Shown here one piece after another: positions 52,413 through 63,500 of a stretch of DNA of 64,000 nt. Below the pieces are notes generated by a model. That model ran no database searches. It saw nothing but the letters and a program-made list of their open reading frames with translations, and was not told where the DNA came from. Source of the DNA: Nemertoderma westbladi (Eukaryota > Animalia > Xenacoelomorpha); assembly GCA_032718475.1 (NCBI GenBank), contig JAUCBJ010008056.1, positions 62,001 to 126,000 of the forward strand. The letters are read 5' to 3'. Every line of letters begins with the position of its first letter. The first letter of the stretch is position 1. A program made the translations under genes and the position numbers.

Positions 52413-52524
52413 ATTACGGCCCATTACGAGTCTTTATCAAATACAGAATTGCTCTCACTCACATCAGCACCAGTTTCATCATCAACATTTCAGTATTTGA
52501 TAAAGACCCGTAATGGGCCGCAAT
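52413..52524. mobile_element. Short foldback / MITE with 32-bp inverted repeats
   Basis: ATTACGGCCCATTACGAGTCTTTATCAAATAC versus GTATTTGATAAAGACCCGTAATGGGCCGCAAT, 2 mismatches. Confidence 0.7.
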
Positions 52525-52593
52525 ATAATATAGCTTTCTTTAGTTGACAGTTGTTATTCGCAGTGGCGGTTCCTTTGGCTACATATATATATA

Positions 52594-52968
52594 CACCATG
52601 TCCCGTAATATAGTGTCATATTGTGTATTTATTAAATAGAATAAATGGCCTGCAGTGAACAATAATTCTTGCAATCTTTGAGTGCGTATTTCTCAGCTGT
52701 TTCTCAACGAAATTCAGACATTGTTACATATTGAAGAATGGCCACGATACGGAGGGTGCGAAAATACACTTTTTTAAAACGCTTATGAATAAAATTTAAA
52801 GGTGAAATCGAAAATTCCGGCTTCATGGTAACAACCACGGTAAATGGAACTAGTTGTGTTTCAAATTTCAAGCAATATGATAAAGATTTGTAGAACAATT
52901 TGGGGGGGGGGGGGGGGGGGGGGGGGTCCGTGTCATGAGAATATGACACGATATTACGGGTCATGGTG
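52594..52968. mobile_element. Tc1/mariner-type MITE, 29-bp TIRs, TA flanks
   Basis: TA|CACCATGTCCCGTAATATAGTGTCATATT ... AATATGACACGATATTACGGGTCATGGTG|TA. Confidence 0.8.
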
Positions 52969-53291
52969 TATATTATGTACAGTATATATGAGTAGCTAGT
53001 TAATACTGCGGCGTTGTTGACCATCATGAGATTAAAAGCCAACATAATTAAAATTTGGAAATCAAAGTGTGTTAAGTAAATGTTTTTGTAAGTGTTTAGA
53101 TTAATTTAATTTAGATTTGCTTTGAGCGGAAATTTAGTAGTATTCCAATTGATAATGAAAACAATTTACATAAATTCATTTTTAATAGTGAAACTTCACC
53201 CTTCGTATCGTCCGCGCCATTCACATTTTCCGCAATTTTTTAATGGTAATTATGTAATAATTTTCTAATATTAATAGTCTATATGTTACAG

Positions 53292-53513
53292 GTGCGTGTA
53301 ACATCTAACCTATATAATCAGGATCCACCAGATGAAGAGATCTGCGCCACAATAGCCGACAACCATAAAGACCCCAACAACGATCTACACTACATATTGG
53401 AATGCCCTGATGCTGGGTTAAGTGGAACCCACATTATCCTTGGACATACCATAGACTTTGATTTGTGTGAGGTGAAAGCATGGGGGAACATGGTCGCGGT
53501 GGTTGCGGGATGA
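53292..53513 (+). CDS. Probable terminal exon of a host gene: C-terminal half of an F-type lectin (fucolectin)-like domain
   Basis: TTACAG acceptor, then VRV...C...C...G.HI.L...LCEVKAWG, resembling the LCEVEV ending of F-type lectin domains. Confidence 0.55.
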   Translation: MRVTSNLYNQDPPDEEICATIADNHKDPNNDLHYILECPDAGLSGTHIILGHTIDFDLCEVKAWGNMVAVVAG

Positions 53514-55454
53514 GCTAGAACTCTACTAAATAACTTAATTATGGACTTAAAATCATTGTGGTGGGAAGTCGTCTTTAATAATCATAGGAAACTGTCGTTG
53601 CACTCTGGGGACAGACCCCCCCCCCCCCCCCCCCCCCTTCACTAAACAAACCCATAATTCAGATTCAAGTTCATGTCTCTCTCAAGGTAATAAATGTACT
53701 ATGTGCATAATGTAATATAACAGTACATTAGTAAGGCTAAAAATAGAGAAATTAAACGAAGAAATGTATGATAATAATAGGATACTAATGTTATTTAGTT
53801 TGAACATATCACGGAATACTGAATATACATGGAAGGACAATTGTATAATACGCAATAAATCATACCTAATAATGTATAATATGCAATAAATCATACCTAA
53901 TAATGTATAATACGCAATAAATTGTACGCGGATTCAATTCCCTACACTACCCACCGAAAATGGGACTAGTGGCATTTACCAATTATAGATGGCGAGGTGA
54001 TATTACCAATAATAATGTCACCTCACAACCAACTAAGTTGATACACGCCGCCAGCCACAGGGGAAGTTGATAGGTCAAACCATCTTAGAGCGACAAAGGC
54101 TAGCACGTGGGGATAGTGGCAACAGGGAGTGGCGAGGTGACAATTAATCAGGTTAAGCCAATGATGGGTGGGGAAAACACATTGGAAGTGATTAGAGCGC
54201 ATCTACTGGACAGGCCACTCAGTAGAGTAGAGGTGATTAATATGTGTTAATAATATAACCGTTGCACTTATTGATTCTGCTTCAGTTGGATTCTATACAG
54301 TTGTGAGACCGGAACAGTTTTTAACCGTCGTCATTACCGTGCTATTATATTCTGACTGTGATATTATTATGTTCTGTGATCACAACAACTGACAGTAAAA
54401 ACTCAGTTATTTCAACGGCCTACAGCTTTACCTACGGACGCGGCGACGCGTATAACACACACCAGTCGGGATCTATACTGCCAACTCCTACAGTTAAACA
54501 ACAGTTAAAAACTACCAACATCCAACTGAAGATAAACTGTTACGACACACGACACCAACATGAGCAAACAACGAACGCCCCAGGGCTCAGAAAGGGGTGC
54601 AAGTCTGCCGCAAACCCTGAGCGATAGAGACGAAACGATTCGGGAAGCAGCGACGAGGCGGTACCAGCCCGCCAAACCGGATCCGCCAACGAGGGACACT
54701 CTGGACGTTGAGGAGGATGGCGTGCGAGTACGAGGAGGAGAGGAGAGCGAACGAGGTACCGAAGTCGCCGGTCAACCAGTTGGCCGAGGGCGGCGAACAG
54801 CCCACTGGTGGGGCTGATGGTACGGCGCCGGATGAGGAGGGAAGGCCAAGTCCAGGAGGAAGATCGGCTACGACGAGGGTACAACACCACCAAGAAGTTG
54901 TTGAAGGACACTAGAGAGGGAAGAAAAGGTAGACCAGCCCAAGTTGTACCGGAAGCTAGGTGAGTGCAACTAACATTTTCGCTACCTAGTTCGATTTGGG
55001 AAGGGGGAACTAGCAAGTGAGAGGGCAAGGGTGGTCGCCACTGAACTGTTCGAATTGTGGCAATCCGAGGTGGTGGAGGATAGTGTGGTGTACATAGGCC
55101 CTATCTAGTAGATGCGAGGGGGATTAAGTTAGTGGGATGGGCAGACCCGCATGACACCAAACCCGAGGTTAACCCCGAAGATTCGGTGTCGTCGGTTAGC
55201 AGGAACGCTAGTAGGAATGGGAAAATTAGTAGGACGAGCAGGCGACGGGAGTCCGTCGCAACCGAAAAGTCCACTACATCCCCCGCAAAAGCAAGAAGGG
55301 TGTTGTGAGATAAATCTGGCGTGTCAACTAGACATTGTCAGGCTGGATCAAAAGAAACTAGAGAGACAGCTGGATGAGGGGACTGCGCTACTATAAAGGG
55401 AAAGGGAGCTAGCGAGAGAGTGTAAAGAGAGGGCCGATAGGGTGGCAAGAAACT

Positions 55455-55673
55455 ATAGAGAGCGGGAGGAGAGAGAAATGAGTGAGCACAAAGAGCGAGA
55501 GACGAGGGAAGAGAACGAGCGCAAAGAGCGAGAGGCAAGGGAAGAGAACGAGCGCAGAGAGCAGGGAGCGCGGAAAGCTGAGAGGATTGAGAGAGAAGAG
55601 GACGAGCGCAGAGAGCAGGATGCGAGGAAAGCTGAGAGGATTGAGAGAGAAGAGAACGTGCGCAAAGAGCGGG
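55455..55673. repeat. GA-rich degenerate minisatellite (copy at 59615-59833)
   Basis: GAAGAGAACGAGCGCARAGAGC units. Confidence 0.85.
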
Positions 55674-56415
55674 ACTACTAGGATCGGCATGCTGCATTGC
55701 AGCTGCATTTTTAAGAATGCTGTGCCGGCTTATCGACAAAATTGCACCACCAGAACTCCCTATCACCCATGACATTTACTAGATCATCCGCATATTCAAG
55801 GCCAGTGTCCTTTAAGATGCGTCTCAAGAAAGTCATGGGCTGTCCACCATGCTTATTCACTCCATGAGGCTGCCAAAGTACAAGATTATGCACTGGCTGG
55901 TCCTCATGGCAAAAGCAATGTCCTGCAAAGCAGAGGCGATTTTGTTCTAGTGTCAAGCTGGGGGGAACCAATGAGACACCTCCAATGTTATATAGTGTCC
56001 GGTTGGAGATGTGTGCATTGTACTTGACACAATGAACCCGGCGTAGCATTCTTGTGAATGTGCCATCCAGAGATTTGGTGTCCTCAGCAGTTAGAGCCCA
56101 GCATGGACTCCCATAGAGGAGTACTGGAACTACTGCTGCTCTAAATAATCGGACCTTAAGTTTCCGATTAATTCTCAGTGACTTCCAAATCCTGGAAAGC
56201 CTATTCAAGGCTGCCCATGCATTTCCCTTACGTATTCGAAGGTCCTCACTTGACTTCAGGATCCATGATCCCAGGTAAGAGAAGTCATCTACATGCTCAA
56301 TCATACCATCTTTTGAGCTTAGGCTCACCCGATCAGAGACTTGCTGAGGACTTTCAAAGTTAACTGTCAAAATTTTGGTCTTTCTGGAGTTAATAAAAAG
56401 ACCAACACTAGAAGC
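55674..56415 (-). mobile_element. RTE fragment copy 3 with an intact C-terminus
   Basis: ORF 56370-55711 is the open version of copies 1 and 2; ends GCCGATCCTAGTAGT. Confidence 0.88.
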
Positions 56416-59400
56416 TGGTGTGAATGGTTTAATATCTCATTCGTCCTTCCTTACTGCATTATATTAAGCAACACAAATATATATGTTAAGAATTACAAAT
56501 TAGAATTATAATTAATATGCCAGGTCCACCACCATTATGTAAGGGCCGCAGCGGCCGTTTAGTACCAATGTACCGGTGCTGCGGTGTACAGTATTATACA
56601 GACTCTGAAGCTGCTGCCACACACAAGCAGTACAGCAGTATATTATTATATGTCATTCGGGTAGGCCGTATACCCCAGTTATTGAGGCCCCAGTCCAAAG
56701 CTGGATACCACACCCCCTTTTCCTCCGCGATCGAAACGCATTATGGCATGGCGTTTTGGTCGTTGATGTCCCAATGCACTGTCTTACGCTGGGCCAGTGT
56801 ACTGGGACGCCTGGGATAGGCCTTCCTGAGGGCCGATTTACTTTCAGTTTCGAAATTGTTTGGTATGTCCGGTTCATCTGATTGTGGTGGTTTGGTTGGA
56901 GGTTCTGAAGCGCCCCCTTGTGGTGTGGAGTGATATCGTCGGATGAAGCGGCGGTTTCGCCACCATGTCCGGCCAGAATTGAGTTTCACGCGATAGTCGC
57001 GTCGCCGGCCAGCCTCCACTACCAGTCCTATGCGCGTCCACCTTTTGGACCGGGGGTCCTGTATGCGGACCGTGTCGCCTATGGCAATGGGCGGGAGGTC
57101 ATGTGCGGACCGGTTATAGAACTCCATGGCCCTACCGCGCTGTGTTTCCGCGCGTTTATCCGCCGTGTCCGCTTCCGCTTGCCACTGTTGTTTATAATGG
57201 TTGTGGTGGGCGGGGATTGTAGTTCGCAGGCGTCGTCCAAACACCGTTTCATTGGGCGATCGCCCGTTCACGCGTGGTGTGTTTCTCAGTTCCAACAGCC
57301 CGCGTTGGAACTCTTCAGAGCGTATGTCAGGGTGTTGCACCTTCCTAAGCAGCGTTTTGATCTGTTTGACGCTGGCCTCCGCATGGCCATTGCTGCTAGG
57401 GAAGTGTGGCGTGCTCGCCTCCCAGCGCACACCCCACGCTTTGAGGAAGCGCTGGAATACGTCGGCAGCATATTGTGGGCCGCCGTCCGTACGCAAAACG
57501 TTGGGGACCCCGAGGTCTACAAAGAAACGCCGTATGGCGTCGACGCACTGCTGTGCAGTGGGGTCATTCCGCCACTCTAGTACGACGGGGTAGCCAGACA
57601 GTCTGTCGGCGTATACAATAAAATGTTTACCCGCGAGGGTGAATAGATCTGAGGAAGCTGACTCGAAGGGACGCGTGGGGGTGGCGTCTGCCATCAGGGT
57701 CTCCTTGGGAAGACTGGGCAGGTGCCCTTGGCACGCGTCGCACTGGCCCACGGCGCGTTCGATGTCCGCATTGATTCCGGGCCAGTAGACTGTAGTACGA
57801 GCCCGCTGTTTAGTTCGGGTAATTCCGAGATGGGGAGCGTGGAGTTTCCGCAGGATCTCGTCTCGACTGGCGGTGGGTATCACCAGCCTATCGCCGTATA
57901 ACACGAGGTCGAAGTATATCGACAGATTGTCGATAATTGAACGGTATTGCTGCACTGCCGGCGTTGTGCGAACATTACGGTTGCCGGTTCGTATGCACTC
58001 CACGAGTTCACGGTACTCCGGATCCTCGCGCGCTGCTGCCCGCAGTTCCTCCACGAGTTCATCGTGTGAGTCCGGCGCGAGTGGTGCACTTTGAGCGGGT
58101 TTATTAACCACTTCCGAGGAATGCAAAGTTTCCTCATGTTGGAGTTTTGCCGCAATCGCTGCCACAATGGGTGGAGTTTCGTCCTCGGGGTCGTCTGGGG
58201 CGGGGTCTACGGGAGCCCGGCTCAACGCGTCGGCGATCCGGTGAATCTTCCCCTTCTGCCAGGCGACGGTGAAAGTATAACAGGATTGTAATTCCGCTTT
58301 CATTTTCTGAATTTTCCTGTTCTCGACTTGGTCGAGGTTATATGAGTTAAAAATTGCAAGGAGTGGTCGGTGATCTGTCACGACGGTGAACGTCGGTAAT
58401 CCGGCCAAGTAGATACGGCATTTTTTTATCGCGTATTGTATCGCTATGCACTCCAACTCGATGGTGGCGTAACGCGTCTCCGGGTCCGTTAGGAATCTAC
58501 TCCCGCATGCGACAAGTCGCCAGTCGTCGTTATGGCGTTGGAGTAGATCGTACCCGAGACCGTGGAGGCGACTCGCGTCTGTCTCAAGGCGGGTCGGTAA
58601 ACTGGCGTCGAATGACGCCAGCACAGGAGGGCTCACGAGAGCCGCCTTAGTGGCGTTAAAAGCATCTTCGTGGTTTCGAGTCCATACAAATGCGTTACGT
58701 ACACGTAGTAGGTCTCGCAGGGGTGATGCCGTAGTTGAAATCTCGCTTGAGAAGTACCCCAGCTGGTTGACCAGCCCCATAAAACTTCGCAAGTCTGTGA
58801 TATTTAACGGGGTCGGGTACTCGCCGATTGCTCTGACTTTGTTTGGGTCCGCCGCTACCCCTTCGCCGTTCAATATGTACCCGGCGAAGCGAACGCTTGG
58901 CTGCGCATATTGGAGTTTTTCCGGATTTAGCGTGATACCGTTGTCACGGCAACGGTCGAGGACCTGTTTAACACGCGCGCGATGTTCGTCGATGTTTGTA
59001 TCCTCCACCAGAATATCGTCTACGATTTTCTTTACCTGGGGCAGCCCGTTCAGCGCAAGATCGCCGCGGTAGTTAAAACTATCCCCTGAGCTGATGAAGC
59101 CCATAGGCGCCCGGCAGTACCGATATCGGCCCCACGGAGTGATAAACGTCGTCAGATCGCGCGATTCTTCCGCGAGTTCGATTTGCCAATATCCCGATTT
59201 GGCGTCGAGAACGGTGAACACATTGGCTCCCGGGGTGCGGTCGAAAACAAGGCTGTTGGGGGGCGGCGCAGTGTGGATTGTTCGCTTGACCTGGCTATTG
59301 AGTTTTGTGAGGTCAACAGTCATTCTAATTTCCCCAGGTCTCCCCGGTTTATTAGTAACCACAATGGGATGGCTCCATTCCACGGACCTGTCCCCAATAC

Positions 59401-59496
59401 GCTCAATAACCCCCTTCCTTAACATCTGTTCGATTTCCGCCTTCGCTTTTTCGCGGTAGGGGATGGGGATGGAACGCGGCGCGTTTAGACAGAATG
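56416..59496 (-). mobile_element. Gypsy copy B' (3' LTR 56416-56712 plus RT-RH-IN), truncated at the duplication junction
   Basis: ORF 59425-56741 is nearly identical to Gypsy-A. Confidence 0.93.
56741..59425 (-). CDS. Gypsy pol fragment (RT, RNase H, integrase)
   Basis: 894 open codons with all motifs. Confidence 0.85.
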   Translation of the reverse strand: MLRKGVIERIGDRSVEWSHPIVVTNKPGRPGEIRMTVDLTKLNSQVKRTIHTAPPPNSLVFDRTPGANVFTVLDAKSGYWQIELAEESRDLTTFITPWGRYRYCRAPMGFISSGDSFNYRGDLALNGLPQVKKIVDDILVEDTNIDEHRARVKQVLDRCRDNGITLNPEKLQYAQPSVRFAGYILNGEGVAADPNKVRAIGEYPTPLNITDLRSFMGLVNQLGYFSSEISTTASPLRDLLRVRNAFVWTRNHEDAFNATKAALVSPPVLASFDASLPTRLETDASRLHGLGYDLLQRHNDDWRLVACGSRFLTDPETRYATIELECIAIQYAIKKCRIYLAGLPTFTVVTDHRPLLAIFNSYNLDQVENRKIQKMKAELQSCYTFTVAWQKGKIHRIADALSRAPVDPAPDDPEDETPPIVAAIAAKLQHEETLHSSEVVNKPAQSAPLAPDSHDELVEELRAAAREDPEYRELVECIRTGNRNVRTTPAVQQYRSIIDNLSIYFDLVLYGDRLVIPTASRDEILRKLHAPHLGITRTKQRARTTVYWPGINADIERAVGQCDACQGHLPSLPKETLMADATPTRPFESASSDLFTLAGKHFIVYADRLSGYPVVLEWRNDPTAQQCVDAIRRFFVDLGVPNVLRTDGGPQYAADVFQRFLKAWGVRWEASTPHFPSSNGHAEASVKQIKTLLRKVQHPDIRSEEFQRGLLELRNTPRVNGRSPNETVFGRRLRTTIPAHHNHYKQQWQAEADTADKRAETQRGRAMEFYNRSAHDLPPIAIGDTVRIQDPRSKRWTRIGLVVEAGRRRDYRVKLNSGRTWWRNRRFIRRYHSTPQGGASEPPTKPPQSDEPDIPNNFETESKSALRKAYPRRPSTLAQRKTVHWDINDQNAMP

Positions 59497-59833
59497 GTCA
59501 GGCTGGATCAAAAGAAACTAGAGAGACAGCTGGATGAGGGGACTGCGCTACTATAAAGGGAAAGGGAGCTAGCGAGAGAGTGTAAAGAGAGGGCCGATAG
59601 GGTGGCAAGAAACTATAGAGAGCGGGAGGAGAGAGAAATGAGTGAGCACAAAGAGCGAGAGACGAGGGAAGAGAACGAGCGCAAAGAGCGAGAGGCAAGG
59701 GAAGAGAACGAGCGCAGAGAGCAGGGAGCGCGGAAAGCTGAGAGGATTGAGAGAGAAGAGGACGAGCGCAGAGAGCAGGATGCGAGGAAAGCTGAGAGGA
59801 TTGAGAGAGAAGAGAACGTGCGCAAAGAGCGGG

Positions 59834-60575
59834 ACTACTAGGATCGGCATGCTGCATTGCAGCTGCATTTTTAAGAATGCTGTGCCGGCTTATCGACAAA
59901 ATTGCACCACCAGAACTCCCTATCACCCATGACATTTACTAGATCATCCGCATATTCAAGGCCAGTGTCCTTTAAGATGCGTCTCAAGAAAGTCATGGGC
60001 TGTCCACCATGCTTATTCACTCCATGAGGCTGCCAAAGTACAAGATTATGCACTGGCTGGTCCTCATGGCAAAAGCAATGTCCTGCAAAGCAGAGGCGAT
60101 TTTGTTCTAGTGTCAAGCTGGGGGGAACCAATGAGACACCTCCAATGTTATATAGTGTCCGGTTGGAGATGTGTGCATTGTACTTGACACAATGAACCCG
60201 GCGTAGCATTCTTGTGAATGTGCCATCCAGAGATTTGGTGTCCTCAGCAGTTAGAGCCCAGCATGGACTCCCATAGAGGAGTACTGGAACTACTGCTGCT
60301 CTAAATAATCGGACCTTAAGTTTCCGATTAATTCTCAGTGACTTCCAAATCCTGGAAAGCCTATTCAAGGCTGCCCATGCATTTCCCTTACGTATTCGAA
60401 GGTCCTCACTTGACTTCAGGATCCATGATCCCAGGTAAGAGAAGTCATCTACATGCTCAATCATACCATCTTTTGAGCTTAGGCTCACCCGATCAGAGAC
60501 TTGCTGAGGACTTTCAAAGTTAACTGTCAAAATTTTGGTCTTTCTGGAGTTAATAAAAAGACCAACACTAGAAGC
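59834..60575 (-). mobile_element. RTE fragment copy 4
   Basis: Duplicate of 55674-56415. Confidence 0.88.
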
Positions 60576-63500
60576 TGGTGTGAATGGTTTAATATCTCAT
60601 TCGTCCTTCCTTACTGCATTATATTAAGCAACACAAATATATATGTTAAGAATTACAAATTAGAATTATAATTAATATGCCAGGTCCACCACCATTATGT
60701 AAGGGCCGCAGCGGCCGTTTAGTACCAATGTACCGGTGCTGCGGTGTACAGTATTATACAGACTCTGAAGCTGCTGCCACACACAAGCAGTACAGCAGTA
60801 TATTATTATATGTCATTCGGGTAGGCCGTATACCCCAGTTATTGAGGCCCCAGTCCAAAGCTGGATACCACACCCCCTTTTCCTCCGCGATCGAAACGCA
60901 TTATGGCATGGCGTTTTGGTCGTTGATGTCCCAATGCACTGTCTTACGCTGGGCCAGTGTACTGGGACGCCTGGGATAGGCCTTCCTGAGGGCCGATTTA
61001 CTTTCAGTTTCGAAATTGTTTGGTATGTCCGGTTCATCTGATTGTGGTGGTTTGGTTGGAGGTTCTGAAGCGCCCCCTTGTGGTGTGGAGTGATATCGTC
61101 GGATGAAGCGGCGGTTTCGCCACCATGTCCGGCCAGAATTGAGTTTCACGCGATAGTCGCGTCGCCGGCCAGCCTCCACTACCAGTCCTATGCGCGTCCA
61201 CCTTTTGGACCGGGGGTCCTGTATGCGGACCGTGTCGCCTATGGCAATGGGCGGGAGGTCATGTGCGGACCGGTTATAGAACTCCATGGCCCTACCGCGC
61301 TGTGTTTCCGCGCGTTTATCCGCCGTGTCCGCTTCCGCTTGCCACTGTTGTTTATAATGGTTGTGGTGGGCGGGGATTGTAGTTCGCAGGCGTCGTCCAA
61401 ACACCGTTTCATTGGGCGATCGCCCGTTCACGCGTGGTGTGTTTCTCAGTTCCAACAGCCCGCGTTGGAACTCTTCAGAGCGTATGTCAGGGTGTTGCAC
61501 CTTCCTAAGCAGCGTTTTGATCTGTTTGACGCTGGCCTCCGCATGGCCATTGCTGCTAGGGAAGTGTGGCGTGCTCGCCTCCCAGCGCACACCCCACGCT
61601 TTGAGGAAGCGCTGGAATACGTCGGCAGCATATTGTGGGCCGCCGTCCGTACGCAAAACGTTGGGGACCCCGAGGTCTACAAAGAAACGCCGTATGGCGT
61701 CGACGCACTGCTGTGCAGTGGGGTCATTCCGCCACTCTAGTACGACGGGGTAGCCAGACAGTCTGTCGGCGTATACAATAAAATGTTTACCCGCGAGGGT
61801 GAATAGATCTGAGGAAGCTGACTCGAAGGGACGCGTGGGGGTGGCGTCTGCCATCAGGGTCTCCTTGGGAAGACTGGGCAGGTGCCCTTGGCACGCGTCG
61901 CACTGGCCCACGGCGCGTTCGATGTCCGCATTGATTCCGGGCCAGTAGACTGTAGTACGAGCCCGCTGTTTAGTTCGGGTAATTCCGAGATGGGGAGCGT
62001 GGAGTTTCCGCAGGATCTCGTCTCGACTGGCGGTGGGTATCACCAGCCTATCGCCGTATAACACGAGGTCGAAGTATATCGACAGATTGTCGATAATTGA
62101 ACGGTATTGCTGCACTGCCGGCGTTGTGCGAACATTACGGTTGCCGGTTCGTATGCACTCCACGAGTTCACGGTACTCCGGATCCTCGCGCGCTGCTGCC
62201 CGCAGTTCCTCCACGAGTTCATCGTGTGAGTCCGGCGCGAGTGGTGCACTTTGAGCGGGTTTATTAACCACTTCCGAGGAATGCAAAGTTTCCTCATGTT
62301 GGAGTTTTGCCGCAATCGCTGCCACAATGGGTGGAGTTTCGTCCTCGGGGTCGTCTGGGGCGGGGTCTACGGGAGCCCGGCTCAACGCGTCGGCGATCCG
62401 GTGAATCTTCCCCTTCTGCCAGGCGACGGTGAAAGTATAACAGGATTGTAATTCCGCTTTCATTTTCTGAATTTTCCTGTTCTCGACTTGGTCGAGGTTA
62501 TATGAGTTAAAAATTGCAAGGAGTGGTCGGTGATCTGTCACGACGGTGAACGTCGGTAATCCGGCCAAGTAGATACGGCATTTTTTTATCGCGTATTGTA
62601 TCGCTATGCACTCCAACTCGATGGTGGCGTAACGCGTCTCCGGGTCCGTTAGGAATCTACTCCCGCATGCGACAAGTCGCCAGTCGTCGTTATGGCGTTG
62701 GAGTAGATCGTACCCGAGACCGTGGAGGCGACTCGCGTCTGTCTCAAGGCGGGTCGGTAAACTGGCGTCGAATGACGCCAGCACAGGAGGGCTCACGAGA
62801 GCCGCCTTAGTGGCGTTAAAAGCATCTTCGTGGTTTCGAGTCCATACAAATGCGTTACGTACACGTAGTAGGTCTCGCAGGGGTGATGCCGTAGTTGAAA
62901 TCTCGCTTGAGAAGTACCCCAGCTGGTTGACCAGCCCCATAAAACTTCGCAAGTCTGTGATATTTAACGGGGTCGGGTACTCGCCGATTGCTCTGACTTT
63001 GTTTGGGTCCGCCGCTACCCCTTCGCCGTTCAATATGTACCCGGCGAAGCGAACGCTTGGCTGCGCATATTGGAGTTTTTCCGGATTTAGCGTGATACCG
63101 TTGTCACGGCAACGGTCGAGGACCTGTTTAACACGCGCGCGATGTTCGTCGATGTTTGTATCCTCCACCAGAATATCGTCTACGATTTTCTTTACCTGGG
63201 GCAGCCCGTTCAGCGCAAGATCGCCGCGGTAGTTAAAACTATCCCCTGAGCTGATGAAGCCCATAGGCGCCCGGCAGTACCGATATCGGCCCCACGGAGT
63301 GATAAACGTCGTCAGATCGCGCGATTCTTCCGCGAGTTCGATTTGCCAATATCCCGATTTGGCGTCGAGAACGGTGAACACATTGGCTCCCGGGGTGCGG
63401 TCGAAAACAAGGCTGTTGGGGGGCGGCGCAGTGTGGATTGTTCGCTTGACCTGGCTATTGAGTTTTGTGAGGTCAACAGTCATTCTAATTTCCCCAGGTC

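Noticed and set aside
52902-53637. Poly-G (52902) and poly-C (53616) runs as an inverted-repeat element
   Set aside because: Homopolymers only; the flanks are not complementary.
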